From Acidimicrobiales bacterium (GTDB taxonomy: Bacteria > Actinomycetota > Acidimicrobiia > Acidimicrobiales > AC-9), in assembly GCA_036270875.1 (NCBI GenBank), contig DATBBR010000070.1, forward strand, positions 5,002 to 69,001: DNA of 64,000 nucleotides. Reading direction: 5' to 3'. Both the position numbers and the translations under genes were made by a program. Positions within the stretch are counted from its first letter, which is position 1; the number at the start of each line of letters is the position of its first letter. Shown piece by piece: positions 19,030 to 26,487 of the stretch. The notes under the pieces are model-generated. The model was not told where the DNA came from and ran no database searches. It was given only the letters and a program-made list of their open reading frames with translations.

Positions 19030-19644
19030 GTGCGGGAACCGGATCGAGCCATGCCTTCGTACGGGCCCTCGCAGGGGCTCGCGTACGAGGTCCCGATGGC
19101 CCACGCCGACTCTGAGCCGGTGATCGTGGCTGTGGTGCACTGGCCGGAGGACGAGGAGCTTCTCCGCTGGTTCGCAGAGTCGGGGACGGCGCGGCTCGTG
19201 CTCGCCAGCGGCGACGAGCCCGTACCGTGGGTCGACGACCCGCTGCAGGACTGGGTGCGGATGCCCGTCCACCTCGGTGAGGCCCAGGCCCGCCTCGAGG
19301 CCCTGGCCCGGAAGGTGGCGGATCGTCGCCGGGTTGCGACCGTCCCCGTGCTCGACGAGAACGGCCGGTTGTTCCAGGGCGGACGCTGGGTCCCGTTGTC
19401 GGGCGTGACGGCGCGACTGGCGGCGGCACTCGTGGAGGCGTTCGGACAGGTGGTCGAGGACGCCGAGCTGCTGTCCCGCGGCTGGCCCGACGGCGGTGGG
19501 CAGCGGGACACCCTGCGGGTCCAGCTGACCCGGTTGCGGCGCCGCATCAAGCCCCTCGGGTTGGGGATCCTGTACGTGAACGGCGGCCACGTGCTCAGCG
19601 ACCTGCGGCAGATGCCGCCGAGCCGCCGACCGGACGGCACGTGA
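19030..19644 (+). CDS. atypical OmpR/PhoB-type winged-helix regulator with a short, degenerate receiver-like N-terminus
   Basis: The C-terminus fits the Trans_reg_C pattern (VPLSGVTARLAAALVEAFGQVVEDAELLSRGWP ... LRVQLTRLRRRIKPLGLGILYVNGGHVL). The N-terminal ~90 aa has no recognisable phospho-acceptor pocket. GGAGGAGG lies 7 nt upstream of the GTG at 19030. Confidence 0.7.
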   Translation: MREPDRAMPSYGPSQGLAYEVPMAHADSEPVIVAVVHWPEDEELLRWFAESGTARLVLASGDEPVPWVDDPLQDWVRMPVHLGEAQARLEALARKVADRRRVATVPVLDENGRLFQGGRWVPLSGVTARLAAALVEAFGQVVEDAELLSRGWPDGGGQRDTLRVQLTRLRRRIKPLGLGILYVNGGHVLSDLRQMPPSRRPDGT

Positions 19645-19671
19645 CTCGGCAGGTGCCCGGACCCGGCCTGA

Positions 19672-19977
19672 CTAGGCCGCTCCGGCGCGGGGAACCTCCC
19701 GGCGCCGTCGATCGGCCCGTAGCTCGTGGGCCGAGAACGTGATCGGAAGGACCTGGCCGTCCGAGAGCCGTCTCAAGTGGTAGGCATGGTGCTCGACGCC
19801 GGCGACCACGAAGCCGCGGCTCCAGCTCCCGGTGAAGCGGGTCGCCACCTCGACCAGCTCCCCGACCTCAGGTCCCTGGGGCAGGGATCCGCTTGCCTCC
19901 GACGCCAGCTGCTCCATCACACCTCGCCTTCTCACCGTCGCGAGCACCTCGCCGTCATTGAACTCCTCGCCGGTCAC
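19672..19977 (-). CDS. hypothetical protein
   Basis: Third-position GC is high. A possible internal start MEQLASE sits behind GAAGGCGAGG. No family recognised. Confidence 0.45.
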   Translation of the reverse strand: MTGEEFNDGEVLATVRRRGVMEQLASEASGSLPQGPEVGELVEVATRFTGSWSRGFVVAGVEHHAYHLRRLSDGQVLPITFSAHELRADRRRREVPRAGAA

Positions 19978-20314
19978 GAGCCGATTGCCCCGATGTAAAC
20001 GCTCGATGAACGCGCCCCCGGAGCTTGCGGCTGGTCACCGGCTCCTCGCCACGCGGGGGGTGGGTCTTGCTCGGGCGCTGCGATCCTGAGCGAAAAGAGC
20101 CGGCACCAGCTACCCTCGAAGGACCGGGATAGGGGACGGGCGGGAGACCTATCTGGGGGGAGGACTCTCGGCCGCTCTTTGTGTCTTAGGCGAAGGGGGG
20201 CGCCGTGGGCATTCAGATCATGTCCGGCGCTCGGTGTGCCGGAGCGAGAGTGTGGACGTCAGGTCGACGCTGCTGCTATCTCAACGCTTGCTCTCGGCGT
20301 GACTGGAGGGCTTC

Positions 20315-20467
20315 GTGAGCGTACCCGTCGGCCGCAACCCGTGGCCGTTCCTCAAGCGAAACATCTGCCAGCACTGCCGCGAGCAATTGCGGTTCGTCGA
20401 CTCCCGCGACGGACAGGAGGTCGTCATCTGTCCCAATTGCGACTCGCCCTCGGGCGTGTTCAGATGA
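20315..20467 (+). CDS. hypothetical 50-aa zinc-ribbon protein (CxxC...CxxC)
   Basis: Not in the ORF track (<60 aa). Hand translation gives VSVPVGRNPWPFLKRNICQHCREQLRFVDSRDGQEVVICPNCDSPSGVFR. GGAGGG lies 4 nt upstream of the GTG at 20315. The two CxxC pairs are 18 residues apart. Confidence 0.5.
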   Translation: MSVPVGRNPWPFLKRNICQHCREQLRFVDSRDGQEVVICPNCDSPSGVFR

Positions 20468-20512
20468 CGCCACGCCAGGGCGCCGGCCCCAGCTCCTGAG
20501 CGACCTAGCTCA

Positions 20513-20851
20513 TCAGGTCTCGTCAGCGGCGTCGCGCTCGCGGTAGTTCGCCGACGGATGACTCGTCCCGCTACGACGTCCTCTATTGGTCCGGCCACTC
20601 CGACCGCGCCTGCTGCGAGGTGGCCCGAACAGTCGCTTGAGCTCGAGTCTCTGCCCGTCGTCGGCCTCGACCGACTCCTCGTCCCACGCCCGCAACAGCT
20701 CCGGAGCGTTGGCCCACCACCACGGGGACGGCTTGTCGCCCCGATCGTGCCGCCCACAGAGCTGGCTGCCCGGAGCAGCTGGATTTCGGCAGGGGCGCCC
20801 GTTGCCCGTCCGGGCCTTGCAGGTCCCCCCGTTGCCGTTGCTTTGCACCAC
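20513..20851 (-). CDS. hypothetical protein with an N-terminal C-x9-C-x10-C-x2-H motif and an Arg-rich tail
   Basis: GGAGGGGGG lies 4 nt upstream of the GTG at 20851. The motif is GTCKARTGNGRPCRNPAAPGSQLCGRH. I recall similar motifs in actinobacterial and actinophage proteins but cannot name the family. Confidence 0.55.
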   Translation of the reverse strand: MVQSNGNGGTCKARTGNGRPCRNPAAPGSQLCGRHDRGDKPSPWWWANAPELLRAWDEESVEADDGQRLELKRLFGPPRSRRGRSGRTNRGRRSGTSHPSANYRERDAADET

Positions 20852-20869
20852 GATTCCCCCCTCCGGGCC

Positions 20870-20883
20870 CCTGGAATTCCAGG
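20870..20883. promoter_or_regulatory. perfect 14-bp palindrome CCTGGAATTCCAGG just upstream of the 20851 start
   Basis: Read directly from the sequence. It lies 19 nt upstream of the GTG start, adjacent to the SD, and is the only AATT core in a GC-rich stretch. Confidence 0.4.
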
Positions 20884-21157
20884 ACCCGCCGCGAACCGAC
20901 GAACGCGACGCTCCCCCACATCGAGAGCGTTCTCCGGTAGACCCCGAGATTAGGGCTTTCTGCCGCCGGTTGCGAGGTGAACTTACGCCACCCCAACGGG
21001 GTAATCCTGCTCCCCATTTTGACCACGCAGTGGCGCGAGATTCCGATGGAAATACGCCGTGATGCAGGAGCCCTTTCCGAGCGGCATCGGCTGGAAGGGC
21101 GACGCCGGCTGGAAACTGGGTCCAACGGACCAGGCAGTTGGGGCGGGGACGAAGGAC

Positions 21158-21814
21158 TCAGCTCGAGGGCGTGCCATTGGCGCTCAGAGCGGCGATGATC
21201 GCTTCTCGAGCCGCCAGCAGGGCCTCCCTCACCGCACGAAGTTGACCGGTATCGATCGGTCTCCGTCGGGCGGCAGTCATCACGTCGGTCACGAAGGCGT
21301 CGAGATCTGCCCCGAGCGACCGGGTCTCATCGCCCCGGCCCTCGGGCGGCCGGCGATCGCCAGCGACGTCCCGCATCTGATCGTGTCGCTGCTTGGCCCC
21401 CTCGCGGGCCGTGCGGCGTTCCTCCCGGCGAAGGTCGCGCATGGCCACGCCAAGCTCCTGACGCAGCTCCCGCACCGAGGCCTTCACCTCGTGGCGGATC
21501 TCGCGGGCCAGATGGCGGGCCGACTCGGCGGCGCGGGCCTCGAGGTCGCGAAGCTCGTGCCGGTGGGCCTCGAGCTCGGCCCGCCCGGCGTCGGTGAGGC
21601 GGTAGATCTTGCGGCCCTCGATCTCGTCGTGCTCGACCAGGCCATCCTCCTCGAGGGCAGCGAGGCGTGGATAGACCGTGCCCGCCGACGGCGTGTAGAG
21701 GCCGAGGAAGCGGTCCTCCAGGAGCCTGATCAGCTCGTAGCCGTGGTTGGGCCGCTCGGCCAGCAACAGGAGCAGGAAGAGCCGCAATCGCCCATGGGAG
21801 AACACCTGGCTCAT
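21158..21814 (-). CDS. PadR-family transcriptional regulator with a long C-terminal coiled-coil-like extension
   Basis: LRLFLLLLLAERPNHGYELIRLLEDRFLGLYTPSAGTVYPRLAALEEDGLVE is a typical PadR wHTH. Start ATG 21814 overlaps the stop of the upstream DUF4097 gene (ATGA). Confidence 0.9.
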   Translation of the reverse strand: MSQVFSHGRLRLFLLLLLAERPNHGYELIRLLEDRFLGLYTPSAGTVYPRLAALEEDGLVEHDEIEGRKIYRLTDAGRAELEAHRHELRDLEARAAESARHLAREIRHEVKASVRELRQELGVAMRDLRREERRTAREGAKQRHDQMRDVAGDRRPPEGRGDETRSLGADLDAFVTDVMTAARRRPIDTGQLRAVREALLAAREAIIAALSANGTPSS

Positions 21815-22845
21815 GCCACGGCCTCGACGGGTGCCCCGCACATCATCGAGACGTCCCCGAGGAGGCTGGCCATGCGCAGCGTCACGTCACCTTGTCCGAG
21901 CCGGCCGCGCACGGCACGCCCGAGACCGCCGAGGGGCAGCGAGTTGCGAGCACACGACCCCGCAGGCTCGCCCAGCAGCCGCGTCCCCGCTCCCGCCAGT
22001 GCGTCGGCCCACGCGCCGGCCCGGTCAGCCAGCGCGCCCGCCCGGTCAGCCAGCGCGCCGGCCCGGCCGGCCCAGTCGCCAGCCCAGGTTGCCCAGGCGT
22101 GGGCCGTCTCTGACCAGGCCTGCGCCGTCCCTGGCCACCTATGGGCCCAGGGCGGCGCCTCCTCCTCCGATGTCTCGGCCCAGGCGGGCACGTCGATGTG
22201 CCCCATCAGCGACTCCGCCTCGAAGGCGACGCTGGCGTCGGCTGGCAGGCGCACCGTCACCGGACCCGACGCCGAGCGACACGAGCAGCGGGCGCCGGGA
22301 CGGGGGTCCAGATCGGCGACGACCTCGCCGGTGACCGTGGAGATGGCCGCCTCCTGGAGTCGGCCTCCGACAACGGTGACGGGGCCGGAGACGGACTCGA
22401 CCCGAAGCCGCCCCGCCACCCCGTCGAGCGCCACCTCGCCGGAGACCGTTCGGGCCCTGACATCGCCGGACACGCACGTGGCCGTGACCTCGCCCGACGC
22501 CGTCGTGAACGACATCCGACCTGCCAAACCGGCGGCGAGAAGGGCCCCCGACTCAGTCTGGACCGTCGCCGCCGCCGCCGGCGGCATGGTGAGCGTGATC
22601 GTGGCCCGGGGGCGGACCAACCTGCCGGACCACCTCGTTGGCTGCTCGACGGTGAGCACGCCGTCGTACAGCCGGATCGCGACCGGCTCCTCGGTCACGC
22701 CGTCGACCTCGAGCCGGGGCGGCGAGGACGTGCCGGCCAGGGATACCTCGCCGCCACCCATTCGCACGTGCGCCGCATCCAGTTCCCCGAGATCCAGCCG
22801 CAGTCCCTCGCTCCCGGGCTCGACCGCGTAGTCCATGCTCATCAC
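21811..22845 (-). CDS. DUF4097-like (putative adhesin beta-solenoid) protein
   Basis: Repetitive SGEV/SGPV strands (TASGEVTATCVSGDVRARTVSGEVALDGVAGRLRVESVSGPVTVVG). Pairing with PadR is a common arrangement. The true start may be the ATG at 22836 behind GGGAG. Confidence 0.75.
   Translation of the reverse strand: MMSMDYAVEPGSEGLRLDLGELDAAHVRMGGGEVSLAGTSSPPRLEVDGVTEEPVAIRLYDGVLTVEQPTRWSGRLVRPRATITLTMPPAAAATVQTESGALLAAGLAGRMSFTTASGEVTATCVSGDVRARTVSGEVALDGVAGRLRVESVSGPVTVVGGRLQEAAISTVTGEVVADLDPRPGARCSCRSASGPVTVRLPADASVAFEAESLMGHIDVPAWAETSEEEAPPWAHRWPGTAQAWSETAHAWATWAGDWAGRAGALADRAGALADRAGAWADALAGAGTRLLGEPAGSCARNSLPLGGLGRAVRGRLGQGDVTLRMASLLGDVSMMCGAPVEAVA
22012..22074. repeat. 21-bp tandem repeat, about 3 copies, inside the DUF4097-like gene
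   Basis: CGCGCCGGCCCGGTCAGCCAG / CGCGCCCGCCCGGTCAGCCAG / CGCGCCGGCCCGGCCGGCCCA. On the minus strand it encodes WAGRAGALADRAGALADRAGAW. Confidence 0.8.
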
Positions 22846-22923
22846 TCCCGCTCTCAGCGCCCGTCCCCGTGCCCGGCCAACACACGATATGTCGCGACTG
22901 GGTGGCAGTCAAGATATATCGCG

Positions 22924-23391
22924 TTAGCGGTCCTCAAGCGTTCGTACGGCATCGCCGACCCGGATCCGACCGCCCGACGCGACCTCACACCGCAGGCCGC
23001 CCCGGTGCACGAATGCCCGGCGCACTCCCTTCGCGGTCAGGGACTCCAGGTGGGCGCACGGCTCAGCCAGCCGGACCCCGATGACCTCGACCTCACCCAC
23101 ACGGAACGTGCGACCCACCAGGTGGTTGAGGGCGACGCCGCGCGTGACGACGTTGCGCCTCGTCGCCCCCGGTTCCAGGTCGATGCCGTAGTCCCGTCGG
23201 ACGGCCTCGATGGCTTCCTCCTCGATGAGGGTCAGCGCCCGCCCCGAGGCCGGCTTCGACGACCAGCTCCCGTTCTCGGAGGCGTAGCGATCGCCAACGA
23301 CACCCGAGGCGTGCACCTCCAGCTCGTCCTCACCCCGCATGTCCGCACCGGCCGTCGCGCTCAGGAACAGGTCTGCGACCACGCCGTCCAT
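22924..23391 (-). CDS. MOSC domain-containing protein
   Basis: 155 aa: ALTLIEEEAIEAV ... ATRRNVVTRGV ... FRVGEVEVIGVRLAEPCAHLE. The conserved Cys context is typical of MOSC. Confidence 0.8.
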   Translation of the reverse strand: MDGVVADLFLSATAGADMRGEDELEVHASGVVGDRYASENGSWSSKPASGRALTLIEEEAIEAVRRDYGIDLEPGATRRNVVTRGVALNHLVGRTFRVGEVEVIGVRLAEPCAHLESLTAKGVRRAFVHRGGLRCEVASGGRIRVGDAVRTLEDR

Positions 23392-23442
23392 GCCGAGAGC
23401 TTCGAGGCGGCCGCTCGCTTCGTCAAACGTCTTTTGAGTTCG

Positions 23443-24540
23443 CTACCCGCCGGCCGTTGGGGTGCCGGGGACGGCACCTGACGACGGGGCGCCCGCCGCC
23501 GAGGCGCCAGATGGCGACGAACCCGACGACGTCGCCCCCGACGACGAGCCCGAGGTCCCTGGCGTCGAGCCGTTCGAGCCTGGCGGACTCGACGGTTGGG
23601 TCGACGGAGTCGGTGTGGTGGTGGCCGTCGACGGCGTGGTCGTGCTCGACGAGGACGGAGACGTGGTCGTTGTCGACGAGCCGTCCGGGGTGGTCGTCTG
23701 CGGGTTGGTCGTGGTCGAGCTCGAAGGGGTGGACGGTGTCGTCGGTGACGGCTTGGACGACTGGCCGCCGCCGACGATCCCACCGAGCGAGGTCGTCGCA
23801 CCGGCGGGAGTCGAGCCGCCGACGATGCCCGACAGCGGCTTCTTCGCCAGGGCCTCGACGGCGGTCACGGCGGCCATGGACAGGCCGAACGCCGCCACCG
23901 TGGCCAGGGCGATGTTGCGCCAGCGGAGGGAACGGACGAGGCGGAGCAGGCCCGACCAGAGCGCCTCGATGCTGGCACCCACTTCGCGTTCCTTCGGGGG
24001 TACCGGTACGCCCGGAGGCGGCGGCGGCGCGCCGGGACCCCTCCCCGACGGGATCGGGGGAGGGCCGAGGGGGCCCGGAGGCGGGACCTCCGTGGACCGA
24101 TCCAGGGCCGGCACCTCGTTGGTGTTGTCAGGATCCCCACCAATGCCGTCGCCGCCCGTCCTGCCCGAGGCGCCACCGGAGACCGGGCCACCGGAGACCG
24201 GGCCACCCGAGACGCGGGCTCCGCTGCTCACGAGGGAGCGGACGGTCGTGGCCGGCTGCTTGATGGCCGTCGGGAGGGTGTCTTTGAACGCCGACGGAAT
24301 GGATTGCCGCAGGGCCTTGCGGGTCGACCTGATCGAGTACGAGTACACCGCGTTGCCGATGCTGGCGGCGGCGCTGACAACGCCGGCGCCGATGACCGTT
24401 CCCGCCACGCCGAAGAACGAAGCCAGCACGGCCGCGGTGATCGACGCCAGCGCGCTGGCCACGACCTGGACGGGGCTGAGGTGAAAGGTGCGTTCGCGAT
24501 CGTTCATGGTCACGGCAGAGGGACGTTCGTTCATCGTCAC
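23443..24540 (-). CDS. hypothetical bitopic/polytopic membrane protein with a Pro-rich loop and a C-terminal Ser/Thr/Pro-rich tail of about 110 aa
   Basis: TM segments VVASALASITAAVLASFFGVAGTVIGAGVV and IALATVAAFGLSMAAVTAV. The tail reads SSKPSPTTPSTPSSSTTTNPQTTTPDGSSTTTTSPSSSSTTTPSTATTTPTPSTQPSSPP. The start is uncertain (GTG 24540 or ATG 24534). Confidence 0.65.
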   Translation of the reverse strand: MTMNERPSAVTMNDRERTFHLSPVQVVASALASITAAVLASFFGVAGTVIGAGVVSAAASIGNAVYSYSIRSTRKALRQSIPSAFKDTLPTAIKQPATTVRSLVSSGARVSGGPVSGGPVSGGASGRTGGDGIGGDPDNTNEVPALDRSTEVPPPGPLGPPPIPSGRGPGAPPPPPGVPVPPKEREVGASIEALWSGLLRLVRSLRWRNIALATVAAFGLSMAAVTAVEALAKKPLSGIVGGSTPAGATTSLGGIVGGGQSSKPSPTTPSTPSSSTTTNPQTTTPDGSSTTTTSPSSSSTTTPSTATTTPTPSTQPSSPPGSNGSTPGTSGSSSGATSSGSSPSGASAAGAPSSGAVPGTPTAGG

Positions 24541-24568
24541 GGCACAGGGATGTTCACTAGTTGCAAAG

Positions 24569-24596
24569 CATATACAGCATGTGCTTACTAAATCAA
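24569..24596 (-). promoter_or_regulatory. candidate sigma-70-type promoter (TTGATT-16 nt-TATATG) for the 24540 gene
   Basis: Minus-strand reading: TTGATT (24596-24591), a 16-nt spacer, then TATATG (24574-24569). It sits in the only AT-rich patch of this intergenic region, about 25-30 nt upstream of the start codon. Confidence 0.35.
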
Positions 24597-24676
24597 CTTA
24601 CGGACCAACCCCAGCACCGCCCGACCGGTCATCGGACACTTCTCCCCACCCCCGGCCCGCCAGGCCAGTGTATGGG

Positions 24677-25501
24677 TCAGCGCGCCGGACCCGTGTCGCG
24701 GCCGTCCTGCGCCGCGACCTGTTCCGGCTGCTGCGCCTCGTAGGCAGCCACGACGTCCGGCGGCGGCTCCTCCCCGCGCAGCGCCCAACCCCACTCCTCG
24801 CTGCGACGGAAGGCGCGCACCGCGTACCAGATCGACCACGCCATGAGGGCCACGATGAATGGTCCGCTGGTGATCAGGTTGACGACCAGGAAGGCGTCGA
24901 TGCTCCCCTTGCTGAGCGCCCCCAGTCGGACGACGCTGCGCAGCACCTGGTAGACGCCCCAGGCCAGCGAGATCCGGGTGAAGACCCGACGAAACGTCGC
25001 CGAGCTCCGGACCTCGTCGGGGAACGGAAAGATGTCCTGGGCGAAGAGCCCGGCGAGCGGCCGGCGAAGCGCGATGGACACCAGGAAGGCGACGCCCAAC
25101 CCGGCTGACAGCAGGACCTGCTGGGCCAGATAGATCCGGGCGCTGTGGAACGCCAGACCCACGCCGGCTTGGACGAACACGAACCCGAGCGCCAGCAGGG
25201 CCACGGCGCCAGGTCGCTCGCGTCGCCGCGCCGCGTACCAGGCCACGATCCCGACAGCGGTGGCCACACCGATCCCGACCTCCGTCCCTGCGACCTTCCA
25301 GCCCACATAGAAGGCGAGCACCGGCCCGAAGGCGTCTCCGGCGAAGCGCGGTCCGCTCCCGAATAGCAGTGATCTGACGGTGAGCGAGCCCGCCGCCGTC
25401 AGCGCCGCCTCAGCGGCCGATAATTCGGCGGTAGGCACCGCCACCTCCGGAGGTGCGTGCTCGCCGCCTCTCCCCTGCCGGTGCGCCGCCCGCACACTCA
25501 T
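24677..25501 (-). CDS. polytopic membrane protein (DUF3159-like, tentative)
   Basis: About 6 TM helices. Start placed at ATG 25501, which overlaps the stop of the upstream diiron-oxygenase gene (ATGA). Confidence 0.7.
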   Translation of the reverse strand: MSVRAAHRQGRGGEHAPPEVAVPTAELSAAEAALTAAGSLTVRSLLFGSGPRFAGDAFGPVLAFYVGWKVAGTEVGIGVATAVGIVAWYAARRRERPGAVALLALGFVFVQAGVGLAFHSARIYLAQQVLLSAGLGVAFLVSIALRRPLAGLFAQDIFPFPDEVRSSATFRRVFTRISLAWGVYQVLRSVVRLGALSKGSIDAFLVVNLITSGPFIVALMAWSIWYAVRAFRRSEEWGWALRGEEPPPDVVAAYEAQQPEQVAAQDGRDTGPAR

Positions 25502-26487
25502 GCCGCACGTTCGCCATCGGTCACGTCGCGCCACAGTCCGAGCAGCCTCCACAGGGACCGATAGACGGGGCCGGCCAGCCCGAGGTCCGCCCACAGCCGA
25601 CGAAGCTTGTGCATGGACGCCAGGGCCTCGTCGTGATGGACAGCATTGCGGGTGAAGGCCTCCGTTACCACCTCCTTCGGGATGTGGTGGCGGCGGACGA
25701 TCTGCGTCGACGGCCGGAGCATCATCTGGGCCATCACGGCGAGCACCAGCGGCGCGCCGATGGCCAGCTGCGCACGCCGCAATCGGCCCAGTCCGGGGAC
25801 GCTGCGCTTGAGGTAGTGGCGAGCGAACGAGAGATGCCGGGCCTCCTCGGTCACATGGATGCGCATGACCCGTTCCAGCAGCGGGTGGATGGTGCGGCTG
25901 CTGCGCAGCTCCCGGCGCTGCACGTAGTCGATGGGATCCTCTCCACCGAGGACGAACGCGAAGAACAGCGGGGGGAAGCGGCGCCCGAGGGAGGCAATGA
26001 GACGGGATGCGGCGCGCTCGAAGCGGTCCAACCCCTTCGCGTCGAAGCCGCTGCGGTTGACGAACTCCTGGAACATGAGCGAGTGCTGGGCCTCTTCGAC
26101 GACCTCATGGTAGGCATAGCGAAACTCCGGCGACCCGTTGGGCAAGGTCGCCGCGTACTCGAGCAGCCCCCGCTTGAGCACGTTCTCGAACTCGAGCCCC
26201 GTCTTCATCTTCGACGCCACCAGGTCCAGCCCAAGGCGAGCGCGCGCCGGCTGGGGCAGCGCCCGGTACCAGGCTGTGCCACCGAGCGAGTCGTCGCTCG
26301 ACAGCTCCCAGCGAGGATCGCCGCCGTCGATCGCCAGCTCGGGCGCGTCCCAGTCCACATCGGCATAGGCGTCGAAGTGCTTCACGACGGACTGGTGGCT
26401 GAGCCGGGCGAGCAGGGCGGCGTACGGGTCGAGCTCGCGATCCGGGAGGTGCTCCTCGCAGGCGAGCTCTCGATCGAGGGTCGTCAC
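25498..26487 (-). CDS. diiron oxygenase of the AurF (p-aminobenzoate N-oxygenase)-like family
   Basis: Two E-x(2)-H iron-ligand helices (YHEVVEEAQHSLMF and IHVTEEARHLSFARHY) in a protein of about 330 aa. This matches my memory of the PF11583-type family. The start overlaps the TetR stop. Confidence 0.8.
   Translation of the reverse strand: MTTLDRELACEEHLPDRELDPYAALLARLSHQSVVKHFDAYADVDWDAPELAIDGGDPRWELSSDDSLGGTAWYRALPQPARARLGLDLVASKMKTGLEFENVLKRGLLEYAATLPNGSPEFRYAYHEVVEEAQHSLMFQEFVNRSGFDAKGLDRFERAASRLIASLGRRFPPLFFAFVLGGEDPIDYVQRRELRSSRTIHPLLERVMRIHVTEEARHLSFARHYLKRSVPGLGRLRRAQLAIGAPLVLAVMAQMMLRPSTQIVRRHHIPKEVVTEAFTRNAVHHDEALASMHKLRRLWADLGLAGPVYRSLWRLLGLWRDVTDGERAA

Noticed and set aside
20126-20144. 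Canonical G-quadruplex motif GGG-ATA-GGGG-AC-GGG-C-GGG in the ORF-free islet.
   Set aside because: G3+ runs with short loops are expected to occur frequently by chance in DNA this GC-rich. Nothing in the sequence alone singles this one out.
20389-20407. tRNA T-arm-like string GCGGTTCGTCGACTCCCGC.
   Set aside because: No acceptor, D or anticodon arms can be drawn around it, and it lies inside the zinc-ribbon mini-ORF. I found no convincing tRNA anywhere in the window.
19645-21157. Considered calling the GC-depressed islet a prophage or integrative-element remnant.
   Set aside because: No integrase, recombinase or transposase ORF, no flanking direct repeats and no tRNA target are visible. It is kept only as a compositional and gene-content anomaly in the findings.
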